Shown here piece by piece: positions 47,467 to 57,395 of a DNA stretch of 64,000 bases. Position 1 is the first letter of the stretch. Every line of letters begins with the position of its first letter. The position numbers and the translations under genes were made by a program. The notes below the pieces were generated by a model that worked only from the letters and a program-made list of their open reading frames with translations, was not told where the DNA came from and did not search any database. The stretch is from sequence record LR756502.1. One strand, 5' to 3'.

Positions 47467-48270
47467 ATGGAAACAGTTTTTATATATGTTTTAGTCGACC
47501 CGAGAAATGAACAAGTTAGATATGTTGGTAAAGCAAAGGATCCTATCGATAGGTATAGAAATCACTATAATTCTGCTCGGGATAAAAATACACACAAGAG
47601 AAATTGGATAAATAATCTTAGAAAAGATGGACTTCGACCAGAACTACTAGTTATTGATGAGGTTGAGTCTAATAATTGGGTATTCTGGGAATGTTTTTAT
47701 ATATCTCTTTATAAATCATATGGATTTAATCTAGTTAACTATACATCTGGTGGAGATGGTTCTACTTTTGGAAATAATGGATCCTTCAAAATTGGAAATA
47801 TTCCGCATAATAAGGGTGTGCCTCGAAGTGAGGAGACAAAGGTTAAATTGAGAAATGCTATGCTCGGTAAGCCAAACAAACATAGTTATAAACCAATAAT
47901 ACAATATGATTTACAGTATAATCAAATTAAAAAGTTTAAGTGTATAAAAGATGCTATAGATGAAAGTAGTGGATTTTTCAGTGCTGGTAAAATATCAAAC
48001 TGTCTCAAAGGTAAAAGACCACATCATAGAAATTTTATTTGGAAGTATGATGATGGTAGTGAATTATTAAACATTAAAATAGAGAGAAAAATAAAGACTG
48101 GTAGGAGTGTTTATCAGTATAGCAAAGACTACATACTTTTAAATGTGTTTATATCACTAGAACAAGCAGCTAAACATGTTGGTGCTAAGTCACAAAATAT
48201 TCTATTTTGTTGTAAAAATGAGAATAGGAGGGCTAAGGGTTTCTATTGGAGATATAAACAAATTGAATAA
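47467..48270 (+). mobile_element. Free-standing GIY-YIG homing endonuclease with NUMOD3/NUMOD1-like DNA-binding repeats
   Basis: FIYVLVDPRNEQVRYVGKA...RYRNH...WECFYI...NYTSGGDG; HNKGVPRSEETKVKL; PIIQYDL and VYQYSKD repeats; own TAATATATAG at 47454-47463. Confidence 0.88.
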
Positions 48271-48283
48271 TTTACAATATAAA

Positions 48284-48847
48284 ATGAAAATATCTTTAGA
48301 ATTAATGGTTAAGTATGAGAAATGTATAATTATGGGACCTAGTGGTTCGGGAAAAGATTTCTTAATGAGGAAACTAGTTGAGAAAGGTCTTAGTCCTTGT
48401 TTAAAGACCACTACTCGTCCTAAGAGAAAATTTGAGCAACAAGGAGTTACATATAATTTCATATCAAATTTTGAATTCACAAAACTAATTAAGGAAAGTA
48501 AACTGTTTGCATACCAAGAGTTTATGGTTACTCCGGATAATTCTGAGCCTGAGAAGTGGTTTTATGGGTTAACAAACGAGGAGTTTAAGACATCCCAGAT
48601 TTTCATAATGACACCAAGTGAATTGATTAATTTATCAGAGGAAGATAGAAAGAAATGCTTTGTAATATATCTTGATATATCGAGATCTGTTAGAGAGTCT
48701 AGGTTATTCAAAAGAGAGGATAAAAACGATTCAGTTACTAGAAGAATGGATTCTGATGAGCTGGATTTTTCCGGATTCACAAATTATGATTTAAGAGTAA
48801 CTGACCCTGAATTTACTGCGGATGAGGTTTATGATTTAATGTTTTAG
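48284..48847 (+). CDS. gmk: Guanylate kinase
   Basis: IIMGPSGSGKD, TTRPKRKFEQQGVTYNFIS, WFYG; start ATG 48284 or 48305. Confidence 0.85.
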   Translation: MKISLELMVKYEKCIIMGPSGSGKDFLMRKLVEKGLSPCLKTTTRPKRKFEQQGVTYNFISNFEFTKLIKESKLFAYQEFMVTPDNSEPEKWFYGLTNEEFKTSQIFIMTPSELINLSEEDRKKCFVIYLDISRSVRESRLFKREDKNDSVTRRMDSDELDFSGFTNYDLRVTDPEFTADEVYDLMF

Positions 48848-48848
48848 A

Positions 48849-49472
48849 CTACTTACACTTTATAACAAAAGCTGCCTTTCTTGTTAAGAAACCAAAATTT
48901 GCTTCGAAATATGTATATTTAACACCATCTATCTCAAAAGCATTCTCATCATTCTTATATCCTTTATTTACTAAAATGTAATCAAAGCTTGACCAAAATG
49001 ATGGAACTCTTAATATTCTATAATCACTAGTCTCTTTAACAACTTCTAACTCATTCAGATTAACTTGTTGACCATTTGGTAGGTCATTCTTATTAGTTGT
49101 AGCATAGATATATGATCCCCATGTACTTGTTTTATAGTATATAGTCGATACTCCTTCTTCAACAGTTACCGCGTAGTCACTACTCTTTCCTGCTTGTCTA
49201 TAAGTACCAATTACTCCATCATTTTTATTAATTGATATATTTAGATTAGCATCAAAAAATTGAGCAGTGTGTATATGATATTCTGGGAAGTTAGATAGTT
49301 CTGTCTCTTGATAAGATGCTTTTGATTTACCTGGTGTGGTATCAATTGAATGAATACCAGCAGCTAAGCCTCCTACTAGAGCTCCTCCGATGAGTAATTT
49401 TGCAGGAACAGTAAACTTCTTCATATCTACTTCTTCGTTACAGAAGTCATTATAGTTTTTAATATTCTTCAT
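48849..49472 (-). CDS. Hypothetical protein with N-terminal leader followed by a TM-like segment
   Basis: MKNIKNYNDFCNEE...LLIGGALVGGLAAGI. Confidence 0.7.
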   Translation of the reverse strand: MKNIKNYNDFCNEEVDMKKFTVPAKLLIGGALVGGLAAGIHSIDTTPGKSKASYQETELSNFPEYHIHTAQFFDANLNISINKNDGVIGTYRQAGKSSDYAVTVEEGVSTIYYKTSTWGSYIYATTNKNDLPNGQQVNLNELEVVKETSDYRILRVPSFWSSFDYILVNKGYKNDENAFEIDGVKYTYFEANFGFLTRKAAFVIKCK

Positions 49473-49475
49473 AGT

Positions 49476-50201
49476 TTAAGGTTCTGTTTTTCCATCCATA
49501 GATAGTCCTTTCAATTGACCATTTATTGAATTACAAACTGTTTCAGAGTTTGTAATTGTATTTTCAAGTACAGATAGCATAATATTTAATATTGAATATA
49601 CTTTTAGTAAGTTCTTTTCAGATGAATAAAATTGAGAGTTACAAATTCCCTCAATTAGATCAATTGTTAATGTTATTGTATCATTGTTTTTAGCTTTCAT
49701 TTTTTCAATGACAACCTTAGGTATTCCAGCTTCTTCCATTTCTTTCTCATAAGTAAATACAATTCTATTAATTAGATCTAATAGAGATTTCCAAACTTTT
49801 GAATCATCCATAGATTGGTAATCTTTTTTAGTAACAAAGTCATTGATATTCTTTTTATAACTTCTTAAGTATATTGTTAGGTATTTTCTAAATACAACTG
49901 TTCTATACTCTGTTGAGAATTGAAATGTTGGTACTTTTGAATACATCCAAAAGTCAATATAATTAAATATGTCGTGGTTTGTTATGTCTGATTCGGTTAT
50001 CATCTTAACTTGTGACTTGATGTCCTTCGTCTTGCTCTTCATAAACTTTTCAACAAATTTATCCGAAACTTTTGATAGTATATCACTAAACCATTTGCTC
50101 TTTACCGCTCCTAGTATTATGAAAGTTATCAATATGAATATTACTCCTTTAATCCCATACTTGTCAATCAGTGATGTTATACCATCTATATCCATATTCA
50201 T
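49476..50201 (-). CDS. Single-TM membrane protein, holin-like topology possible
   Basis: N-terminal TM GVIFILITFIILGAV, then a large soluble domain; holin call is inference only. Confidence 0.6.
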   Translation of the reverse strand: MNMDIDGITSLIDKYGIKGVIFILITFIILGAVKSKWFSDILSKVSDKFVEKFMKSKTKDIKSQVKMITESDITNHDIFNYIDFWMYSKVPTFQFSTEYRTVVFRKYLTIYLRSYKKNINDFVTKKDYQSMDDSKVWKSLLDLINRIVFTYEKEMEEAGIPKVVIEKMKAKNNDTITLTIDLIEGICNSQFYSSEKNLLKVYSILNIMLSVLENTITNSETVCNSINGQLKGLSMDGKTEP

Positions 50202-50309
50202 GCCTTATTTTATTTATTATATATTTATTAATTAAAGTCGAAATCATATTTTATGTAAAATGTTTAAGTGAAACATAATATTTTATATATACAATAAAAT
50301 AGTATTCAT

Positions 50310-50642
50310 ATGGACATGCAATATAATATCAATAAGATACATGGTAATCTAGTAACTAGATTTTATGATGTAAAGATTGAGGAGAAATCAAACCACAAGT
50401 TTGGTAACTACTTTGAAATGACAGCATCTAAAGATAATACCGATGTTAAAATGATAATAACAAAAAAGGATATTGAGAATGATACATTCAAGTGGTCATA
50501 CTATGCAAATCCTCTTAAAGAAAATTCTGACCTTGTTGAGAGAGTATCTAATATCAGTGAAATATACGATCACGTCACTGATATTATTGATAATAAGAGA
50601 TTTAATAAAGAGTACTTAGATACCATAAAAAATGATAACTAA
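50310..50642 (+). CDS. Hypothetical protein
   Basis: 110-aa ORF preceding the baseplate gene. Confidence 0.7.
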   Translation: MDMQYNINKIHGNLVTRFYDVKIEEKSNHKFGNYFEMTASKDNTDVKMIITKKDIENDTFKWSYYANPLKENSDLVERVSNISEIYDHVTDIIDNKRFNKEYLDTIKNDN

Positions 50643-50645
50643 TAA

Positions 50646-52370
50646 ATGAAATTTGTTGAGATAACATATCAAAACATAAAGTTCGAAATTGAGAAGTTCT
50701 TAAAGATAGAGCATAACAAAGCTGGAATACTTTTTAGTCCAGCGAGTCCATATGGTCAGATTCTAACTGTTTTAGAGAATCTACATCAGTTATCATTTTT
50801 ATACTTAAAGAACTCTGTTAGTCAGTTCGATCTAAGTGATCCAAATTCTCTTAATGAAAGAGTAATAAGAAATGCCGCTATTTTCGCTGGTCATATTCCA
50901 GGAAGAGGAATAAGTTCAACTGGTACCTTAAAACTAACATTAAAGACAAATATCGACCTTGATAAAGAAATACCAGGTGGTAGAGTTACATTTTTTAATA
51001 GAACATCATTGAAGAATAAGACAAATTCATTAGAGTATTCAATAAATATAGGTGGTGATAAAGTAACACATAAGATATCACCTAACTTTCAGTTTTTTCT
51101 ACCATTAATACAAGGAAAATGGGGTAGAACAACATTTACCGGCACAGGTGAAATGTTACAAACATTCCAAGTTGCATTGACTGGTCAAAAGGATGTTGAG
51201 AACTTTAATGTTGAAGTATTGGTGAATGGTAGCTTTTGGTCAATTAAAAAGCATATCTATGAATTACTTCCAGATGAACAATCTTGTATTGTGAGAACTG
51301 GATTTAATGGTGGTATTGATATAATATTTGGTAACAATGGGTTTGGATCCATACCTCCAATTGGTGCGATCATAGAGGTTAATTATATAATAACCGATGG
51401 CTCTTTTGGTAATATCTTTAGAAGAACACCAAATGATTGGACATTCATAACAGATGCTATCGATGGTTTTGGTAATACTTTGGATGCATCGAAAGTATTT
51501 AATATAGAAATATACACTGATATAAATTTTGGTGCTGATAAAGAGAGTCTTCAATTTACAAAGAACATACTACCTATTGCTAGTAATAACTTTGTTTTGG
51601 GACTACCTCAACAATACGCATATGAAATAAAAAAACTTGGTGTTTTCTCACACGTCAATGCTTATGAGAAATTTGGTACTATATTTATAGTCGCTACTCC
51701 AAATATAAAGCTATTCAAGAATCAAAATGCTGACTACTTTACTATTGATATAAGAGCATTTGAGCTTGATGACTATGAGAAATCAAAAATAGATAAGTAT
51801 CTAAGAACTGGTGGTAATATACAACTAACTAGAAAGTATAAAATAAGCTCTCCTGTACTATCCTATTATATTATAAACGTATTTATAATGACATATTCTG
51901 ATGCGTCTGATGACTCGGTTAATGCTCAGATATTGGACAAGATATCAGAATATTTTCTTAATTTCAGTAGAATAGATAGAGTTCCTAAAGTTGATATAAT
52001 TAAGGAAATTGCTTCCATAACAGACATACACTCTGTTGATATACAATTTATATGCAAAAATAATGAGGACTATCATAGAGCTAATAAATTAAATGCAGAA
52101 AACAAACAAAATAAATATGCATCTAAATTCAACACCGATATATCTACTCCTAAAGTTGACCCAACTTATAACCAAAATCAAACAAATGGGTTAGATCCAG
52201 TGCTTGGTGATATTATATTTGAATCAAGTGATATACCTGTTATAAGGGGTGGTTGGTATGATAGAAATAATGTCTATTATTCGGATAATATTGATGATAG
52301 AGGATTAAAGTCTGTTAACATAATTAAGAAGGGTACAATAGATGCAAAAAATAAACCATCAATAAAATAA
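50646..52370 (+). CDS. Baseplate wedge protein, T4 gp6-like
   Basis: ITYQNIKFEIEKFL, GGIDIIFGNNGFGSIPPIGAIIEVNYIITDG, GADKESL..TK. Confidence 0.75.
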   Translation: MKFVEITYQNIKFEIEKFLKIEHNKAGILFSPASPYGQILTVLENLHQLSFLYLKNSVSQFDLSDPNSLNERVIRNAAIFAGHIPGRGISSTGTLKLTLKTNIDLDKEIPGGRVTFFNRTSLKNKTNSLEYSINIGGDKVTHKISPNFQFFLPLIQGKWGRTTFTGTGEMLQTFQVALTGQKDVENFNVEVLVNGSFWSIKKHIYELLPDEQSCIVRTGFNGGIDIIFGNNGFGSIPPIGAIIEVNYIITDGSFGNIFRRTPNDWTFITDAIDGFGNTLDASKVFNIEIYTDINFGADKESLQFTKNILPIASNNFVLGLPQQYAYEIKKLGVFSHVNAYEKFGTIFIVATPNIKLFKNQNADYFTIDIRAFELDDYEKSKIDKYLRTGGNIQLTRKYKISSPVLSYYIINVFIMTYSDASDDSVNAQILDKISEYFLNFSRIDRVPKVDIIKEIASITDIHSVDIQFICKNNEDYHRANKLNAENKQNKYASKFNTDISTPKVDPTYNQNQTNGLDPVLGDIIFESSDIPVIRGGWYDRNNVYYSDNIDDRGLKSVNIIKKGTIDAKNKPSIK

Positions 52371-52624
52371 TGTTAGATGATAGAAGACAATTGCCTGAGA
52401 TTAACTATCTTAAGCACAGGAGTGATGATAATAAGGAGTATGTTGATTATGAGAGTATGTTACTTGATAGGTCTCTATCTCCTTATATGTATGAGAATGA
52501 CCTTATGAATGGATATTTAAAGAGATTACAAAAGCTTACTAGTATAATATTTGACCAAATGAATTTAATGAAAAACTTTAAGAACTATATGGTTGAAAAA
52601 TACTATTATAAACATAATGGTTAA
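52370..52624 (+). CDS. Small protein coupled to the wedge gene (putative baseplate)
   Basis: TAATG coupling; VDYESMLLDRSLSPYM. Confidence 0.6.
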   Translation: MLDDRRQLPEINYLKHRSDDNKEYVDYESMLLDRSLSPYMYENDLMNGYLKRLQKLTSIIFDQMNLMKNFKNYMVEKYYYKHNG

Positions 52625-52693
52625 TTTTATTAAAAATAAGAAAACCAAGTAAATTTTTTAATATATAATAAACAAAACTAATAAATATCAAGT

Positions 52694-53317
52694 ATGGCAG
52701 ATAAGAGGATACCAGGATTTAAGAAATTTTCAGACATGAAATCCGGTGAAAAAAGTAAAGTGGAAGAAGTTAGTCCATCTATCCAACCAGATAGTGATTC
52801 GGATATTCCTATGAATCCTAATTTGCCAAACGGATCTAGAAAAATTGAAAAGCCTGCATCTAGAAAGGGTTTAATACCTAAAGATCAAGATATAAATCTT
52901 GACTCTGATGTTGATTCTAGTGACGAATCAAATGAATCTAAGGTTGAGACATTTGGTAGAGTTGCTAAGTTCCCAAAGAATATTAAGGCATCAAAGGCAT
53001 TTAACTTTCTTGAGAATGTTAAAGTTTCTAAAAAGTCTATTTGGTATATAATGGTTGAGAAACAAGATAACGAATTGCAAATGGTTAAGTATAACTATCG
53101 TGAAGGTGTTGATCTAAACAAATTTGTAAACGAATTAAAAGGTTTCTATATTAAAAAGTATTCTAAAGATCCTAAAATATGTAAGCTTATCGAAGCTATA
53201 AATGTTGATGGTAATGATAAATATTCTATGGTTAAGAATATACCACTAGTTAGTGTCGAGGGTAGAAAAATGATTTCTATAATCACAGAAGACTTAATAA
53301 GACTATTAAGTAAGTAA
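52694..53317 (+). CDS. Hypothetical protein with leader-like N-terminus
   Basis: RIPGFKKFSD; TAATATATAA at 52659-52668. Confidence 0.7.
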   Translation: MADKRIPGFKKFSDMKSGEKSKVEEVSPSIQPDSDSDIPMNPNLPNGSRKIEKPASRKGLIPKDQDINLDSDVDSSDESNESKVETFGRVAKFPKNIKASKAFNFLENVKVSKKSIWYIMVEKQDNELQMVKYNYREGVDLNKFVNELKGFYIKKYSKDPKICKLIEAINVDGNDKYSMVKNIPLVSVEGRKMISIITEDLIRLLSK

Positions 53318-53343
53318 TTAAATTAAACTTATAAATTTCCTTT

Positions 53344-53376
53344 CACCCACCTCTTAGAAATAATGTGGGTGTTTTT
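53344..53376 (+). terminator. Intrinsic terminator (plus strand)
   Basis: cacccac...gtgggtg followed by a T-run. Confidence 0.6.
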
Positions 53377-53382
53377 ATTAAC

Positions 53383-53407
53383 AAAAAAACCACCTTTATG
53401 GTGGTTT
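53383..53407 (-). terminator. Intrinsic terminator (minus strand)
   Basis: aaaccacc-tttat-ggtggttt preceded by an A-run. Confidence 0.65.
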
Positions 53408-53410
53408 CTA

Positions 53411-53980
53411 TTATAGAAGAAGTTTCTTTACTACTTCGGATGGTCTATTATCAAGAGGTGTTGTTGATAGGTCATGATGATATATATTCTCCATCTCCAA
53501 GTATGACTTTATCCATCTGTCTATCTTTGTAATTTGTGCTTTATTGTGAAATCTAATTCCATCATCAACATTGGTGTCAATTGGTGGTACATAGTATATA
53601 TTGTCCCATGATCCAATTGTCTTAAGTATTTCCTTTTGTAGATGATTTATTGTAGCAATATCCTTTTTAGATAGTTGTATAGGGAAAAGCTTTCTGAAAT
53701 AGAAATAGTTTAATATTGTACTTGAATCACATATAATAAAGTCTTTTGAGTCTAGAAACATTCTTTCTCGCTCTAATTGCTTGTAAAATATGACCATCTG
53801 ATCCGATGGTGTGTTTGGTGTTCCATACTCTGCTATAAAGTCAGTCGCTGCTTCACCAACAAATACTGAGTTTTTACCAAGCTTTTTTAGTTCAGTATGT
53901 ACCTGAGATGCCAATGTTGACTTGCCAGAACCAGGAGCACCAATAAATGTAACTAACTTGCCCTTTTTAGGATTTTTCAT
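53411..53980 (-). CDS. P-loop NTPase/kinase, AAA_28 (NadR-kinase-like)
   Basis: GAPGSGKSTLA...VGEAATDFI...IICDSS...DDGIRFH. Confidence 0.75.
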   Translation of the reverse strand: MKNPKKGKLVTFIGAPGSGKSTLASQVHTELKKLGKNSVFVGEAATDFIAEYGTPNTPSDQMVIFYKQLERERMFLDSKDFIICDSSTILNYFYFRKLFPIQLSKKDIATINHLQKEILKTIGSWDNIYYVPPIDTNVDDGIRFHNKAQITKIDRWIKSYLEMENIYHHDLSTTPLDNRPSEVVKKLLL

Positions 53981-53989
53981 TAAATTAAA

Positions 53990-54262
53990 TTAATTTTTTC
54001 GGGTTGGAGTTGGATTGCCTACAAAAAAGGAACCATTTGATATAGAAGCCTGATCTATTTTTTTGTCAATAATGCTTTTCAATTTCCAGGATTTGTGACT
54101 TTTAGAAACACCGACTAGTATTATTAGTGGTATAGAAAACGCCCACCATCTCCAATCTTCTAATCCTATTTTGAAGAAGTATCCTATTCCAAAGCCAATC
54201 CAAGCTGACCACCCGTATTCCATCATTATGGACTTTATAAAGTATAAACTTTTTTTTATCAT
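53990..54262 (-). CDS. Small two-TM membrane protein
   Basis: WSAWIGFGIGYFF and WWAFSIPLIILVGV. Confidence 0.6.
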   Translation of the reverse strand: MIKKSLYFIKSIMMEYGWSAWIGFGIGYFFKIGLEDWRWWAFSIPLIILVGVSKSHKSWKLKSIIDKKIDQASISNGSFFVGNPTPTRKN

Positions 54263-54271
54263 TTTTTAATT

Positions 54272-55444
54272 TTATTTGTTAAAGAACTGACCATTCATAG
54301 ATATTTTGTTCAAGTCTTCTTGAGTAAAGAATTGTGGATGTGTTTTTGTTATTCTTACTATTTCTTGATAGTTAGCTTTTGCCTCATCCATTCTACCTGT
54401 ATAGAAACATGCAGCTGCGTGAGCCTCAGCAAACTTCCAAATGTAAAGAGATTCATCAACGAAGAGTAATCTTGTTGGATATGGGTTCTTTCCGTGGAAA
54501 TTAACCTTAGCAAATTTAGTATATAAATATGCATTATTCCATTCACCAACTTGTAGATAATAATCAACAATTGCTTTTATTGGCTCACCTCTCAATGAAT
54601 CAATCGAGTATGCCTTTAGTAACTCTTGGTGTGTTTCTGCCCAAGGAGATTCCATTACTCTCATTATTGTTCCAATTCTGAATTGAGAATAAAAAACCTC
54701 TTCCGCATACCCATCATTTCTATTTACTCTTTCCTTGTAGTATTTAAGAGCTCTTCTTAATCTTTCCTCATTCTCATCTCTGTTATCAGGCATAGATGCT
54801 GAGTCATGGTATGATTGAGCTGTGTAGAATATCCATCTCGGATCTTGTCTATCGCTATCTATATACTTCTCTAATACAAATGCATGTGCCTTATACTTCT
54901 CTGGTATATTACCCTTCCAAGACCCACCATCCATTTGTACATTAACAGATAGTCCTTCCATAAGTCCTGATGTTATATTCTTATCATCACTTACAATAAA
55001 CTCATGAACTGGTCCATAGAATCTAAATTCTTTTTCTAATTTATAACATTCGTTGCGAGTATATTTCATTTGACCAATGTATGTATTGAACATATAAAGA
55101 TCCTTATTAAGTTTTGCCTTACTGAATACTTTCTCATCAATTATAAGTTGTTCATCACAGTCAAGCCAGAATCCCCAGTAATCATTACCTCTATCTTTTG
55201 TAACTTGTCTACCCATTTCTATTGAGAAATTTCTAGATGCTTCGAAGTTATCGAATGGTCTTTCAAAAACGTGAGTTTCTACTCCATTATCAGTTCCCCA
55301 TTTTCTAACAACAGACACTGTATCATCAGTTGATCCTGTGTCTATTAGAACAACAATGTCAACGATTTTTTTAATTGAGTCCAACATACGAGTTACAACG
55401 TGTGCCTCATTCTTCATTATTTGTGTAAGTACTAATTTTCCCAT
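54272..55444 (-). CDS. GT2-family glycosyltransferase with TPR-like C-terminus
   Basis: IMKNEAHVV, IDTGSTDDT, WLDCDE, FYGPVHE, WIFYTAQSYHD, helical repeats. Confidence 0.85.
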   Translation of the reverse strand: MGKLVLTQIMKNEAHVVTRMLDSIKKIVDIVVLIDTGSTDDTVSVVRKWGTDNGVETHVFERPFDNFEASRNFSIEMGRQVTKDRGNDYWGFWLDCDEQLIIDEKVFSKAKLNKDLYMFNTYIGQMKYTRNECYKLEKEFRFYGPVHEFIVSDDKNITSGLMEGLSVNVQMDGGSWKGNIPEKYKAHAFVLEKYIDSDRQDPRWIFYTAQSYHDSASMPDNRDENEERLRRALKYYKERVNRNDGYAEEVFYSQFRIGTIMRVMESPWAETHQELLKAYSIDSLRGEPIKAIVDYYLQVGEWNNAYLYTKFAKVNFHGKNPYPTRLLFVDESLYIWKFAEAHAAACFYTGRMDEAKANYQEIVRITKTHPQFFTQEDLNKISMNGQFFNK

Positions 55445-55605
55445 CCGGTAATTATATTTTTTGTGTTTTTATTTATATGATATATGTAAAGATTGTTTGA
55501 TTATTTATTATTTCTTTTTGAAGTTTCTTTTGGTATCGTGGTAGAATAAAAAACACATTTTATTTTTATATTCATAATATTTTATTAGTTTATTGGTTAT
55601 TGGGC

Positions 55606-55636
55606 AAAAAAATAGCACCAATTAGGTGCTATTTTT
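55606..55636. terminator. Intrinsic terminator
   Basis: aaaaatagcacc-aatta-ggtgctattttt. Confidence 0.8.
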
Positions 55637-55652
55637 GTATTCTAATAAGTTA

Positions 55653-56618
55653 CTAAACAATATTTATCTCATGAATGCTTTTGTGAGTAACTAAACTATT
55701 TATTGCTTTAGCTATTAGTCTATCACATGATACGATTGTTAGCTTTGATGAATCTATATCTTGGTTAGACTTAATTGTGTCCGAAACAATTAGCTCAGTT
55801 AACTTTGATAGTTCAAGATTCTCATATGCCTTACCACTTAATACTCCGTGTGTTGCAATTGCTCTAACAGATTTGGCCCCGTGTTCCATAACTAACTCAC
55901 TTGCCTTTTTCATTGTTCCGAGTGTATCTGCCATATCATCCACTATGACAACATTTCTACCAGTTACATCACCAACAAGTTCCATTGAGTGAATCTCATT
56001 CGGTTTTACTCTCTTCTTGTTAATCATTGCAAATGTTGCCTCTGGGAATGCTTTTGTGAAGTCTGATGCTCTCTTAACCGCTCCTTGATCAGGTGCTATG
56101 ATTGTTAAGTCTTCTATATTGTGATTTTTAATATGTTCGATGAATATCTTGTTACCATTTAAGTGAATAACTGGTACGTTATAGAACCCTTGAATAGCTG
56201 ACGCATGTAAGTCAATTGTTATTATTCTTGTCATGCCTGTTTTCTCTAATATATCCGCTAACACCTTTGATCCAATTGATGAACGAAGATGGTCTGTCTT
56301 ATCTTGACGTGAATATGATTGAAATGGAGCTATTAATGTGAATGACTTACACCCTGCTCTTTTAGCAGCATCAATAACTAATAGTGTTTCTATAATAGAA
56401 TCTGACGTATTTGTTGTCTGTACAAAGAATACATCTTCATCCCTAATAGTCTCGTTGAATAGTGGCAACATTTCTCCGTCGGAGAACTTATCGATTTGTA
56501 GTCTACCTAGAGAAATCTTCTCAAAGTCTAAATCTGATGATGAATTTTTAATTTCATTCAATGAATTACAAATTCTATTTGCTAATTCCTTACTAGATGT
56601 TCCGCTGAATAGTTTCAT
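55653..56618 (-). CDS. prs: Ribose-phosphate pyrophosphokinase
   Basis: FSDGE, YSRQDK, DLHASAIQGFY, APDQGAVKRA, KKR, VDDMADTLGT, THGVLSG. Confidence 0.95.
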   Translation of the reverse strand: MKLFSGTSSKELANRICNSLNEIKNSSSDLDFEKISLGRLQIDKFSDGEMLPLFNETIRDEDVFFVQTTNTSDSIIETLLVIDAAKRAGCKSFTLIAPFQSYSRQDKTDHLRSSIGSKVLADILEKTGMTRIITIDLHASAIQGFYNVPVIHLNGNKIFIEHIKNHNIEDLTIIAPDQGAVKRASDFTKAFPEATFAMINKKRVKPNEIHSMELVGDVTGRNVVIVDDMADTLGTMKKASELVMEHGAKSVRAIATHGVLSGKAYENLELSKLTELIVSDTIKSNQDIDSSKLTIVSCDRLIAKAINSLVTHKSIHEINIV

Positions 56619-56681
56619 ATTATTATTTATTTTTTAGAATTATTAGTAATTACAATACAAATATAGTGAAAAAGTATCAAT

Positions 56682-57392
56682 TTACCTCTTGAAATACATT
56701 TCTCTTTTAATATTACTACCATTTGTATATTCTCTCATATAGAAGCCAGTTACCGCATTATCAATATCAACTAACTGATTTATCATGTTGTAGTATGATA
56801 CAATGACATTAGTGCCTTGTACATAACCACAAGATGTTATGTATGATGACTTCTCAACTCCATTGTAGTCTTTCTGAATCAACTTATAGTAGTATGTCCC
56901 TGTTGGTGGGAAATAGTCTATAAACCAATAATTAATTGGTGATGTGGATGTTCCTGCTCCAGGTTTTGTGAAAACCTTAGTCCAATTTATTGCATCCATA
57001 CTTCTCCATATTTGGAACTCTTGATTGTTTGTTTCTGTTGCGGTTGTCCAATCTATTGTAATATTATCAATCTTTGTCTCACAATTAAAGTATGTTAGTT
57101 CGATTGGTAATGCTGATATTAGAGATCCATCACTGGAATATACACATCCATCCATAATTACTGTTGAGAAATTTGTTCCAGGAATATTAAAAAGACAAGT
57201 AGATGGACAGTCTAAGTTCCCAGAACTCCCCGCTAATGTACAATTACAAGTTCCTAGTAATACTCCGGATATATCATAGTAACTAAGAGTAACCGGAGTT
57301 GCGTTGTTATTACCTTGGTCTTGTATATTTGATAGACACTGACCAAAAAAATGTAAAGGTAAAATCATTAAAATCATTAAAAGAGTTTTCAT
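56682..57392 (-). CDS. Secreted Bacteroidota-type protein with LPIEL-beta-sandwich domain (T9SS-cargo-like)
   Basis: Signal peptide; ALPIELTYF...IDWTTATETNNQEFQIWRS.D...W...YYKLIQKDYNG. Confidence 0.75.
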   Translation of the reverse strand: MKTLLMILMILPLHFFGQCLSNIQDQGNNNATPVTLSYYDISGVLLGTCNCTLAGSSGNLDCPSTCLFNIPGTNFSTVIMDGCVYSSDGSLISALPIELTYFNCETKIDNITIDWTTATETNNQEFQIWRSMDAINWTKVFTKPGAGTSTSPINYWFIDYFPPTGTYYYKLIQKDYNGVEKSSYITSCGYVQGTNVIVSYYNMINQLVDIDNAVTGFYMREYTNGSNIKREMYFKR

Positions 57393-57395
57393 ATT

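Noticed and set aside
47450-48350. Group I intron interrupting gmk and carrying the GIY-YIG ORF
   Set aside because: A U/G splice junction can be drawn, but the flanks (under 20 nt and about 70 nt) leave no room for a catalytic core. The putative exon 1 has no start codon, and the downstream gmk has its own complete P-loop.
55653-56618. NARP1-type NAD reconstitution system (Adps is a Prs homologue)
   Set aside because: The protein looks like a canonical full-length Prs, and no Nampt-like (Namat) gene is adjacent in this window.
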